The position numbers and the translations under genes are program-made. A stretch of 63,911 nt of DNA, counting the filler, from Pelomyxa schiedti (Eukaryota; Protista; Evosea), in the NCBI GenBank assembly GCA_020536535.1. It is 15 parts of 15 records of this genome, joined end to end, with 100 filler letters (N's around TTAATTAATTAA, not from the genome) between each part and the next. Parts side by side here need not be neighbours in the genome. Positions count along the whole stretch, not along the records: positions 10,513 to 15,238 come from JAHLWZ010000061.1; positions 15,339 to 16,861 come from JAHLWZ010002445.1; positions 16,962 to 38,977 come from JAHLWZ010000250.1; 12 more parts are not named here. One strand, written 5' to 3'. Numbering within the stretch: the first letter of the stretch is position 1; each line of letters begins with the position of its first letter. The notes beneath the pieces are model-generated. The model saw only the letters and a list, made by a program, of their open reading frames with translations, searched no databases and was not told the origin of the DNA. Below are positions 10,513-22,500 of this stretch, in pieces.

Positions 10513-13500
10513 ATATAGAGAGAATACAACAGGAACATGTTGGCACAAACATTGGCACAGGCGTCACTGCTTTCACATTCATTGAGTGACCTCTATGACG
10601 CTGTCCTCATTGTAGCCGTTCTTTCCTTTTTTCGCCATTCATTAATGGAATCAGACACTCAAAACGACGAGCGGAACCCTGACAGAGCAATACAAGATTG
10701 GCTGGGCCACAACCAGTGAGGCCTCCATTTCAACCTTGACTTACATCACTCCTGAATTGGCGGCAGCAATGGGATTCCCTGGAATTTATGGTTTTCTTGC
10801 AGATGTCCGACCCGACCGTCATTCAGAGGTACTGCTCTTCAAGTGCCATGTATAAATCCACTTTAATACATAAAGTAGTTCTACGTGGAGCCGTACCTCC
10901 TTACTCCTGAGCCGGTTACACCAGGCGAGATATGTGAATGTGCCAATGAGGAATGGGAACTGTTTTGCAACAGAACATTTCCTGGTATCCTTCCCTCTGC
11001 TTTCCTTCATGTTTAACAACACTCAAATAAAAGGCCAGAGCGTCTGCACTCCCTGTGAGAATTTTTGCGAGATCAGAGATGGGCTTGCACAAACAAAGTT
11101 GCTAGATATGGTTGCTCCTGCTTTCTTCAATATATTTCCTGAGGCGTCTGCATTTTACATTCAGCGAAATCCTATCACTTACGACTGGGGCAGGCATGAT
11201 TCCTTTTACTCCTTCCACAAACCTAACAATCTCATCACAGAGTGATACTTCCAGGGATAGGCTCCTTTGCCTCTCTAAACACAACTCTGCTTCAGCAAAG
11301 TGGCACCGCACTTGCTGGCTGTCCTGTGTGGTATCTATGTGACCCTACCACAAACCCTGATAGGACTGTGGCGTTCTCTCCTCCTATGAGGGACCCAATG
11401 ACAGGGGGTACTTTATTTACTTGCTTTCTTCAGTGTATGACAAACAACGCAGTTCTAATTGTGAGCGTTGGGTACCCTTCTTACTACGAGGATTACTTTA
11501 TCGCTGGATGTTATGTGGATGTAAGTATGGAAGAAACAGTAACTCTATTAGAAGAGCACACCTACAATGAAGGCCGTACGAGAGAGTTATTCCCTATGAT
11601 CCAATATAATTTCTAATAGAATTTGCAATGCTGGTAAATTACGCTGGAGAAATTCTTGGGGGATCACAGTTAGGCTTTTACACTCTATTTGGGGGAGAGT
11701 TTAATAAATCAAGTGATGTCTACAACTTCAACAGTAGTGCAGCTTCCCAGTTTAATACGGTAAGAATACTTGAGATGCTTACTGGAACTAACACTGCACG
11801 AGGTGACAGGAACCACTTGGGGCAAAGTAATCATTGGCGGGGTGCCATTCTTATTTTTCAATGAGTCGGGTATCCAACACTTCTGGTCAAATTTTACCTA
11901 ATTGAGTGCAGTGGCTAGTACTCCTTGGTTCATGGTGTTATTTGAACCGGAGGAGGCCTTCTCCGTGAATAAAAACACATGGAAAGTAGTAATTGGAGTG
12001 GCCCTTCCAATTCTCTTCATAACTGGGATTATCGTTCTCGCTATTTGGACTTTACTCCTTAGAACCAGAGCAAAGGTTAGCAGTACTAACTCTTCAGAAC
12101 AGAAACGCTAACACCCTACTATTTTTTAGGTTCAAGACCTAGAAACCCAAATGGGCCTTATTAATGCACCAGCTCAAGACTTGATGGGCACCCCAGCAGA
12201 ACTCGTTGTTCAAAAACTCCTGGCAGTCAATAAACATACAAGTATAACTCCCAAACTAAATACCCTCAATTCAACTGCATCAGAATTAAACACAGAGGAT
12301 CACACCACTCTATCTGAAGTAATTGGGTTAGTGGCTTCCAATAAATTGTACAAAGCAGATTACATTTCAAAGAAGCAAATGGGACTGATATGTAGGATTT
12401 CTTGAATTCCCACATTAACCTAAATACCCCTTAGCTTTGGATACTGAAGTTGATCACTTCCTCACAACGACTCTTCTGAGGTATAACAGCGATGAAAGGG
12501 AATTGAATGAGGAACCAGGGAAAACTCCGATATCCACATCACTGAGTTCGCATTCAATTGGCAGAGAGCCCAGGTTCCATCTTTCGCTTTCTCCATATTT
12601 ACTGATTAGTGTATAGTAAGGAGTTGAAACAGGTGGATCAAAATGGAAAGCTCTTGAAACTGGATTCATGGGACTTCAATGTGCTCGGTATTCAGCAGCC
12701 TCCACGTAAGCTCTATGTAATCTCTTTTAATTGTTACTGAACAGTTCTCTAGCAAGAACTTTCTGCCTAGTTGTAATGGAAATCATTGAACAGTACGGCC
12801 TCTGTGAAAAACTGTTGATTGAAAGAGAGAAAGTAGAGAATTTCTTGAATAAAATTAGCTTGGGCTACTTCGATAATCCGTATGTAGCTACTTCATGTTA
12901 GCAAATTTAGCCAACAGCTCCAGGTATCATTGTGTCCTACATGCAGCGGATGTCGCTCAAGCTCTCCACATCTTTCTGAGAGCTCTGGGCTTGGGGATGT
13001 TCACTGATCTCGAAGTATTTGCAGGAGTAATTGCATGCGCAGTGCATGGTAATTTGCGTCGTTGATGTTACCTCTAATGGATCTCAGATTACAAGCATCC
13101 AGGTGTAAATAATAACTTCCTGCAAACAACTTTTGACCGGATCGCTGTTCGATACAATGGAGTTTCAATTTTGGAGAACATGCATGTAGCTGAAGCCTTT
13201 AAACTATTAATTGGAAGCCCCGAAACCAACTTTATGGCATCCTGGGATAAGGCAAGGCTAATTACTACAATTGAATACTAATCTGCATCAGGCACAGCAA
13301 ATCGAATTCCACCGACTCGTCACCACTTTGGTTCTTTCCACGGGTAAACTAGAGTCCATGTGTAAATTACTAACAGAAGACATACAGATATGTCCAAGCA
13401 CGTGGAATTACTGGGGCAGTTCAAAGCCAAAGTTGCCTCCGGAGGAAAAATGGATTTTACGAAAAAGGCGGATAGGGAACTCACTCTCCAGCTGTTTATA

Positions 13501-14170
13501 AAATTCGCTGATGTGAACAACGCTTCCCGCTGTTGGCCAATTGCCTCTGTATGGGCGCAGAGAATAATGGAGGTATGCTTGTGTGCAGATATCTTGCATT
13601 GTGTAATAATGCCGGTTTCAATGTATTCTTAATGAATCCTCAGGAATTCTTCCGGCAGGGTGATGAAGAGAAACGGCGGAATTTACCGGTATCACCTTTC
13701 ATGGACAGGTCCTCCAATGTATGCCCTGCCACGTTACANNNNNNNNNNNNNNNNNNNNNNNNNNNNNNNNNNNNNNNNNNNNNNNNNNNNNNNNNNNNNN
13801 NNNNNNNNNNNNNNNNNNNNNNNNNNNNNNNNNNNNNNTCAATGTATTCTTAATGAATCCTCAGGAATTCTTCCGGCAGGGTGATGAAGAGAAACGGCGG
13901 AATTTACCGGTATCACCTTTCATGGACAGGTCCTCCAATGTATGCCCTGCCACGTTACACGTTACATTGGGCAACCACTAAAATTCTTAATAGAAAATAC
14001 CCAAATGTCAGAGTGCCTTCATAGAGTTTGTGATAACGCCGTTTGCCACAGTGTTTGTAGCGGTAGTTCCCAGCCTAGAGGGTTCCATACTATCCAATGT
14101 AAGGAATAACCTGTCGATTTGGGCGAGAGCCCCTTCCACCACTCCTCAAATACCCTGTGCCAACTCATAG
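10513..14170 (+). CDS. Membrane-anchored class I cyclic-nucleotide phosphodiesterase with extracellular Cache-like domain (5' truncated), many introns
   Basis: Cache-like AFSPPMRDPMTG..LIVSVGYP..IAGCYVDVS..FAMLVNYAGEIL; TM VVIGVALPILFITGIIVLAIWTLLL; PDE motifs YHCVLHAADV, HDYKHPGVNNNF, LENMH, TDMSKH, IKFADVNN, EEFFRQGDEEK. Confidence 0.9.
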
Positions 14171-14306
14171 ATCACACAATCCCCACACCCACACACACAC
14201 ACCCAATCGTGTATCAATTGAATACAAATTGCAGCACCAGGTACTTTTCTTGGTGTTGTCGGCACACACACCATCACAAACCACCTCTTTAACCGAAACC
14301 AATTCG

Positions 14307-15238
14307 ATGACAAGCAGGCAACAACAGCCGGGCAGGGGTGTCGCCGCACATACTCCCCCTTCGTCTTTATCTTCCCCGTCGCCGTCGCCGGGCGCGGCTT
14401 CCCGCCACGCCAACAGCCACACCACCACCGCCACCCACCGCCGCACCGCGGTGGTTCCCGGCGGCGGCAGCAGGGGGGGCGACGCGGCCGGGGAGATCGG
14501 CGGCCGCAGTGGGCTGTGCATCCACTGCCCATGCTGCATGAGGACATACGACTACCACCTGCACACCACCACCACCACCGCCACCGCCACCCAGCAGCGT
14601 CGGTCACAATACAGTGGCGCCACAGCCACGAGGAGCCCGGGCACGGGTAGCATGAGCAGTGGCACTGGCACGGACGCGGATGGGGACGCGGACAGGGGGG
14701 GTGGTGGCGGCGGGGGTGGTGGTGGTGGTGGTGCGGAGTGTGCTGTGATCGTCGGGTACGACGCGGCCACGACCGGTGGGGGTGGGGGTGTAGAGGTAAT
14801 CGCCACGCGCAGGGGCTCCGGCCCATCACCACTACATTCAACAACCACCACCGCATACACTAGCACACCAGCAACACCAACAAAGACGGGGATAAGCTGT
14901 GTATCAGTTGATATTACAACACCCGGCTCCAACGAAAGCACCAGCACCAGCACCAGCACCAGCACCAGCACCAGCACCAGCAGCACCAGCAGCACCAGCA
15001 GCACAAGCGGGAGTGCCACGGACACACGGAATCAAATACAACTCACACAACCACCACCAACAGCAGCAGCAGCGTCATCACATGGTAGCGGATCACAGGC
15101 ATCAGTGGCGAGTGTCCGGTGTAATGGTGGTGATGTGGGTGGCGGTGGCGGTGGCGGTGGGTTGCAGGGGGCAGTGGCGAGTGGAGGGGGAGGGGCCGGC
15201 GCAGGGAGGGCCGTGGTGCTGCCGTGTGGCCATGACGT
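14307..15238 (+). CDS. RING-finger protein N-terminus with very large low-complexity insertion (truncated)
   Basis: CPCC at ~14526 and VLPCGHD at ~15215, separated by Thr/Ser/Gly repeats. Confidence 0.55.
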
Positions 15239-15338
15239 NNNNNNNNNNNNNNNNNNNNNNNNNNNNNNNNNNNNNNNNNNNNTTAATTAATTAANNNNNN
15301 NNNNNNNNNNNNNNNNNNNNNNNNNNNNNNNNNNNNNN

Positions 15339-16861
15339 ATCTGATTGTAAATCAACCACATCATTCGAAAAATAAGAAAGGATTCCAACAGAAGAACCTT
15401 TGCCCAAGGGCCCTTTCCAGACTCATCCAGTGACAGCACAGTAATGTTTTCTGTGTGGATTATGGTAAGTACTTAATGGGAAGAACCGTTACATCACACC
15501 TGGTGTGAGTTTACCATGGGCAATGGGAGGTTTGTGGCCATGAAAGCTTTTCAAGCCCTTGGCCACATCGAAGAGCATCTTCAGCCTCAGGCTGACTGGG
15601 AGAACTGGGTCAAGCACGGACGTGGTTCCAGCCCCGTTTTCAATCAGCAAACTCAGGAGCTGGCCCAATGTGATGTTTTTGATGATTGGTGTAGGAAGTG
15701 ATGCGTAGAGGATTGTGGGTGTGGATGGTTCTGACATTGGTGGCTCCTTCCCTGATACAATTTCCATGGCAGCATTGTGAGGTTCCACTATTTCAGGGGC
15801 AATTGCTGCAACATCTACTTGAATTCCATTTCCACAGGTCAGCTGTTTCTCTCCTTTGTTCACAGCTTTGAGGATGTCCTCTTTTGAGAAGCAACACAAG
15901 TGTGGTGGAAAGGCAGTGTAATCACTCTTCTTCAAGCAACGTGGACAGGCAAAGAACTCCACAACAGCAGCAGGGAACAGTGGCTCACTTTTTTCCTCAA
16001 ATTGTTCATAAATTGACTGTACAAGGTCACACAAGGAGTGAATAAGGTGAGCCCAGAGCTGTGCCCGTTTGTCTAGGGGAAAGCACTTTTCATTGTTGCA
16101 TTCTTCTCGCATGTAGAGGGAAACAATGTCATCTTGAGATGTGATGAGCAGATGGAGCTTTCTACTGTGTGAGCAAAGTCTTGACAGTAAAATGCCATCA
16201 TGGAGGCATGTCCATTCAGAAAGAACAGTATGTTCAGTGTACCTGAACCTCGAAAAGGCCTTGAAGAACAGTTCCTGGGGAAACATGGGGAACTTGAGAA
16301 ATCTCCCACTCAATGCAGTTGGAGCAGTGTTGTCCATGCGGAGCTTAAATCGGTGAGAGGCAGTCACAGTGCCCTGACTGGGGAGAAAGGATAGATAGCC
16401 CTTTTCAGTTGAGGCATTTTCATTTAAATCACCAATATTTACAAGCCCAGGCTTCCTGTTGAAAAAGTCTTTCACAATGGCTCTCAGTCCCAAAGCCAAA
16501 GGAGGGGCACATTCTTGGAGAATGTTGTGAGAACCTGAACAAAATTGTTTGAATTTAGCACTCAGACTAGTTAAAAAGGATGGAGGTTCCAGAATCACCA
16601 AGTCAACAAGCTCTGTCGACCATGACGGGTACTTGAAATGAACAATGGTACCAATGTCTGCCAAGAAAATCGCACATTCATCAATCTCCTGTGGCCTTGT
16701 TGGCCTTTGTGGAATACCACACCTCTTTGCAATCTGAACAAACTCCATCCAAGTCAGAGAGTTGGTTTTCTCTTTGTCCCTTCTTTTGGTGAGTGCTTGG
16801 TTCAGAGTCATCCAAGTTGCAGGAACATCTGATGGAACACCATCATCCCAGGCCTCACGGT
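15339..16861 (-). CDS. Roco-family fragment: COR domain plus degenerate kinase (pseudokinase or pseudogene)
   Basis: LTWMEFVQIAKRCGI..FLADIGTIVHF..LVILEP (COR); FPMFPQELF; CPRC..CGNG..AIAPEI; LRLKMLFDVAKGLKSFHGHKPPIAHGKL (HRD replaced by HGK, N-lobe missing). Confidence 0.75.
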
Positions 16862-17305
16862 NNNNNNNNNNNNNNNNNNNNNNNNNNNNNNNNNNNNNNN
16901 NNNNNTTAATTAATTAANNNNNNNNNNNNNNNNNNNNNNNNNNNNNNNNNNNNNNNNNNNNCCACACCCGAGTTTTGCGCTTGCACTTGGGACTAGAGCA
17001 TGTCTTGTCTATCGACGTCGCCTCCAACCACGTCTGGCCGTGGCTCATTTATCTACAGGCAAATCGATGTGTTGCCTGGTTGACGCGGCACGGGAACGGG
17101 AGGGGGAGGGGGAGGGGGAAACAACGACGAGTTCCTGTCCGAGGATAGTGCGAGTGGGAACGAGCAGGAGCTGGATGATGGGTTCAGCAGTAGCGGAAGC
17201 AGCAGCGGGAGTGGGAGCTATGGGGGACCAAAGGGGCCGGGGACGGCACCACTGAATCAGAATCGGAATCAATTCTCAAATGGTCCACTGGGGGAAGCAC
17301 CGATT

Positions 17306-17767
17306 ATGGGCAACGCAACCCAGGTTGGCGGTGGAGGACCTGTAGAGGGGGGGGGCATTTCCCAGACAACCTCGACTTCTGTCAGCATGAATCCTCAAGC
17401 TGAAGATGTGAAGCCAAATCTGACAAATCCCGGGGGGCCAGGTGATGCCGCAGCAGTGCCGCCATTTCTACCCAATGCGGTTCATGGGCACCACCACCCT
17501 GGCAGCACGGCCCAGAACACCGCGGCGGAGAGGACAGGTGTAGCAGACGAGATGGAAGCGGTTGTGAGGGTGTGTGACTTCTCCACCGGGTTCCTCTGCC
17601 CCACTTGTCATCAGCCCCTTGGCAGCAACCCGCTTTGGATGACAAGCTGCTGGCACCTTGCCTGTGCTAGGTGTGCCAGGAAAGCAGTCACACGCGGCAC
17701 CTGCACAGAGTGCAAGAGAGAAGTTCACAAGCTAGTGCGGACATTCTTTGTACACAAAACACAGTAG
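17306..17767 (+). CDS. RING-HC finger protein (C-terminal RING); frame open upstream to ~17084
   Basis: CPTC..MTSCWHLACARC..GTCTECK. Confidence 0.75.
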   Translation: MGNATQVGGGGPVEGGGISQTTSTSVSMNPQAEDVKPNLTNPGGPGDAAAVPPFLPNAVHGHHHPGSTAQNTAAERTGVADEMEAVVRVCDFSTGFLCPTCHQPLGSNPLWMTSCWHLACARCARKAVTRGTCTECKREVHKLVRTFFVHKTQ

Positions 17768-17980
17768 ACCCACACAAAAGACTCGTACTCATAAACAATC
17801 ACAAGCAAACAAAAATACGTGTATTCACCAATAGATGAACCCTCTCAGGGACCCTTCTTGGTTTTTTTTCTAAACTTCTTTCTATCTAACAGATACGCAG
17901 TTGCAGCCAGGATTAATTAACACCATCAAATAAGATCTAGTTTGCCGGTCGGTGGTAGGGTGTGGCGGGACGAAGCGAAG

Positions 17981-19435
17981 ATGATCAAGCGCAGCAAGGA
18001 GATGAGGCACAAACTGGGGTTCTCTGGGAAGGCGAGAGATGACGCGGACGTAGATCCGGCGGAAGAAAGCGACGACGTGGAATACGAGGGCTACAGCGAC
18101 AGCGAGGAAGAAGGGGAGATCCCTATGTACGACGGTGAAAATTACGACGACTACGAGGAGAGCGACCCCGACGATGACGATGACGACGAAGAAGACGCGA
18201 GTGATGAGAGCGACAGCGACGAAGACGACGAAGATGAGGAGGGGGAGAGCGAGGGTGGGACTACCACTACGACGACTACTACTAGGAGTGCAAGTGGTGC
18301 GGAGGCTGTGGAGGCCGATCCTACTGCTGGCACCTTTGTTAGAATCCCACAGCTGAGGAACAGAAAAGTACTCATTTTGTCGACCAGAGGGATTGATCAA
18401 AGACACAGGCACAGCACCCTCCTTGGGCTTGGGTTTTTCCCTCCTTGACGTTGTAATAACCTTTCGCGGTGAAATGTTAGGCACCTCATGATGGACCTCA
18501 TGAAATTACTTCCTCATACGAAAAAGGAAGCAAAATTGGATACCAAGAAACAACTGAAAGAAATCACCGAGGTTTTTTTGTGTGACTCCTTTGAATTTTC
18601 TGACTTCTTTCCACCAAACAGATTTGTCGATATAACTCGTGCACTTCTTGTTTATTTTTTGAATTTCGCCGGAGTGAACTGTTTTTATGGGTAACTAAGG
18701 CACTAGAGGGACCTTCCATTAAATTCCACGTACAAAACAGTGAGTTGTATCAGGACAAGCAAACAGTTCCTAATGATCTGCAGTGCATACAATGGAGGAA
18801 ACAAAACTTGTTGGGAATTGCCTGAAAGGCTCAAGACCAATACTCTCTTTTGACGCTTCTTTTGATCTTCGACCAGAAACTCAAGTAATGAAAGAGCTCC
18901 TAATTCAGGTAACTATGCGAACAGCGACGTTTCTTATTTAATGTGTTCAGGTTTTTGCGGCTCCAAGAGGGCACAACAAAACCAAACCCTTCATTGACCA
19001 TGTGTTCATGTTTTCCATACAAGATGGAAGAGTGTGGTTCCGGAACTACCAGGTTTTTTCACCTTTCTTTTTTTAAAAGCAACTTAAAAACCCAGATTAT
19101 CGAACAAGCCGGACCAATTAAAAAAGAGCAGGCCTTGATGGAAATTGGACCAAGGTTTTGCCTACTCCCTGTTGTGATATTGAAAGAGTGCTTCTATGGT
19201 GAGGCTTTATGGAGAAATCCGAGTTTCGTCAGTCCTGCCAGAGTAAGAGCAACAAACAACCAAACCAACACCCAACCATCTTCTACAGATGCGAAAGATA
19301 GAAAAGTGGGAACTTGGTGCCAAAAAAGCCAGACAATCGCTGGAATCACTCAGATCAAAAAAAAGAAGAGCTGCAGTGAAACTGCCCACATCAGAAATCG
19401 ACCGCACCTTCCACGTTCCAACATCAGACACATAA
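17981..19435 (+). CDS. BRX1: Ribosome biogenesis Brix-domain protein BRX1 with acidic N-terminus
   Basis: KVLILSTRGI..RHLMMDLMKLLPHTKKEAKLD; GPSIKFHVQN; GNCLKGSRPILSFD; KPFIDHV; LMEIGPRF. Confidence 0.93.
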
Positions 19436-19533
19436 ACACCACTACAAACAAATACCAAAAGAACAACAATAGTGAGTTGTTACTAGTTTGTTTATTTCTT
19501 TAGAATGAAATTCCATAAACGAAATAAGCATTC

Positions 19534-22500
19534 TTAGGATAGTTGTAGGTTGAGGTTGTAACGGGGTGATGAGGCGGCATCAAGGAATGCCAACAGGGCA
19601 CGGCTGGCACTGGCCACATCCCGCAGTCCCATGCAGCAATACACCACCTTGATCACTTCACTCAGAGTTGCTGTAAGTGCGTGTGGGAGTGATCGTGAGG
19701 GCTGCTCTGATTGTGGTGGTACGGCGTTGTGTTGCAAGATTGCAGTCACTGTATTCTCTCGGACTGTGTAGAGTGCCAGTCTCATGGCTGCCTTCAGGTC
19801 CTCGGTGGGTGGTGCCTGTTGTTGTGGAGTGTTCTGCTGTGGGCCCTGCCTCATCGGCTGCAGCGGGGTTGATTGCGATGACCGCAGTTGAGGCTGTGGT
19901 GCTGCCGAGGCCGCTGCATTGCATTGTGAAGCCCGGAGAAATTGGGCGATGAGGGGCGGGGGGAGTGACAGGAGGGCTCCGCAGGCGAGGAGGGCCTCGC
20001 GGGCTGTGGGCCTGCGGCTGGCCTCCCGCTCGAGGAGCCACCCAACAAGCCCGGCCGCTGTGGCGTTGTTGGGGAAGCTGGGGCTGGGCTCCTCGGGCGG
20101 GGGAGGCTCGGGGGGCCGGGGAGGGGAGCGGCGGGGTGCTTGCGGGGCTTCTCCCACCCCCTCCCCTCTGACCCTGCCTCTCCGGCACTGGTTAGTGTCA
20201 CTCAGGGAAGAACAATCAGGGATGAGGGGTGGGAGTGTGGTGTCACATATCTTGTGCATGGTGAGCTCGTCTCCCTGAAGGAAGGGGTGACCCCCGGAAA
20301 TGAGTTCATAGAGAACACATCCAACAGCCCAGACGTCGTTTTTGAGCAACGGGAATTTGCCGGTTATGTGCGCTTGTATCACTTCAGGTGACCTGTTTTG
20401 TACATTCCCCGGGAACGTGTGACCTGGGGCCACAAGCAGAGGATTCCCATTTTGGGACGTACCAACATCACGTAGTACCCAGATGAGCTCTTCGATGTGG
20501 GGCCTCTCCATCAGCAGAACATTGTCAGACTTGATGTCGCAGTGGAACCACCCGCGCGAGTTGAGGTGATCAACTGCACACAGCACGCAAAAAGCAAGCT
20601 GATGCATAGCCATCACATTGTTGGAAAAACGCCCGAGCGTTATGGCTGTATCACATGAAGCTGGGGATGATAATATTACTGAGCTATTGTTGCTGTCGAC
20701 TGTGAGGGGTTGGATATTGAGGGTATCTGCATTAGCACTATTGAGAATTGCAGCCGAACGAGATCGCATCATTGGCGCGGATCGAGCTAGTGAGCGAATT
20801 TCCTTCTCCCATAAAGTGAGTGCATACAGCAGATTTTTGTTTCCGGAATGGGAGTCTGCGGAAAGGGTTTTTCTTCTCAGATCCACCTTCTTAATTTCAT
20901 TGCCACTACTGACCAACAAGTTGCTTTGGAAAGGTGTAACACAGAACGGAGACACTACAGAAATTAATGGTTTCCACGGACCTTTATGAAGTTAGAGACG
21001 AACAAAATGGGCAATAGGAGGAAATACCCTGAGAATCCCCGACACAAATACGGTTGTTGTCGTGGTCGGCAACAAAGATCTGTCCTAAGTCATCAACAAC
21101 AACAGATGGTACAAGGCTCCCAAAGTATTCGACTTCTGGTGATGCCCCCACGCATGTCACCTGCCACTTGTTGTCAGGAACTGGAGTTTTTCAGTGATTA
21201 GAGGGAAAAACGGCGGGATTGCTGGCATACATAGGGACAGTCGCCGAATAAAGCCTTGCTGTCCAACCAACAGATGATTGTTGCTGTCAATGCACAAACC
21301 ACAAGGAAATGAAAAGCTTGCTATGTCCCCTTTTCCATTGGTGTGCCCTTGTCTGTTGGGATGCCCAGCAATGGTTGTAACTGTGGTGGAATTGGGTTCT
21401 CTCCTTATCTGTCGAATGCAGTTATTGTTCATATCAGCCACAAAAATTGTCCCATTCTTGGCAACGACAATTCCTGTGGGGTAATGGAAGAAAGCCGACC
21501 TAGCTTCCCCATCAATGTGCTTTGGGGTATCATTACCAGCTATAGTGACCATCGTAGAAGACGCCGCAGTCTCCAGCTCGGAGGCTCTATTGGAGACTAA
21601 CGATTGTAAGTAATTTTGTTAGTTTGAATCGAACAGCCAAACTTACCATTGTGTATTGCGTTGATTTTATGACTTTTGTATTCAGTGACAAACAGGGTCC
21701 TTGTTTTGGATTCCAATGATAAGCCAAAGGGATGGTAGAGCTGTCCTTGGGGAGAGCCAATTGCAACCAGCTTCGCGGGTGCGAGAGGGTCGTCTATCTT
21801 AGAATTGGTACTAAGGATAGTCCCTGGTAATTACCAGATGAAATGATTTTAATACAATGATCTCCAGCATCAGATACATAAATGGTTTTTCCATCAACAG
21901 CAATTTGATATGGAATCGAAAATCCCGTGGCATACGTGGCGCATGTTATTGGCCCTGCAAAGTCCATTAGATAGTCAGGTAACTTGGATAAGGACCTTGC
22001 CTTGAGAAACGAGGTTAACTCTTGTCAAGTTTTTCACACAATCAGATAGAGCATTGATTTTTCCTGGGTTACTCAAAAATGTAAGAGAGGAAGTGTTGAG
22101 GGCCTTTCCAGAGGGGATATTCTTCTGCTGAAATTAACTTCCACAAAGGAAACTCGTCAACACACATTAATTACTGGTATTAAAACGTTTTTCATAAATG
22201 CAAGTTCTACTCCACGTGGGTGCTTGTGCAGTCTAGACTCGAATTTCTGAAGAAAAGATGAAATATATGCCATAGATTTCTGTCTAAATCTAATAATAGA
22301 CCCTTTCCGACACTTAGAAAGTAAATACAAATGTACATTAGAGTGACCTGAAGATTGAAGCATTTCCAATTTCGAGTTTGAAAGGCTCTCTCCACGAATA
22401 CTACTGTTTACTTTCAATGTGGAAAGAACGTTACGGATGGAATCCAGTCGTTTATTCAGTAACTGGAGCAAGCACAATTAAAAAAAGTAAATACGGCTAC

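Noticed and set aside
13619-13958. Exact ~120-bp direct repeat of a PDE exon around a 100-N gap
   Set aside because: Identical sequence on both sides of a scaffold gap indicates an unmerged contig overlap, not an exon duplication.
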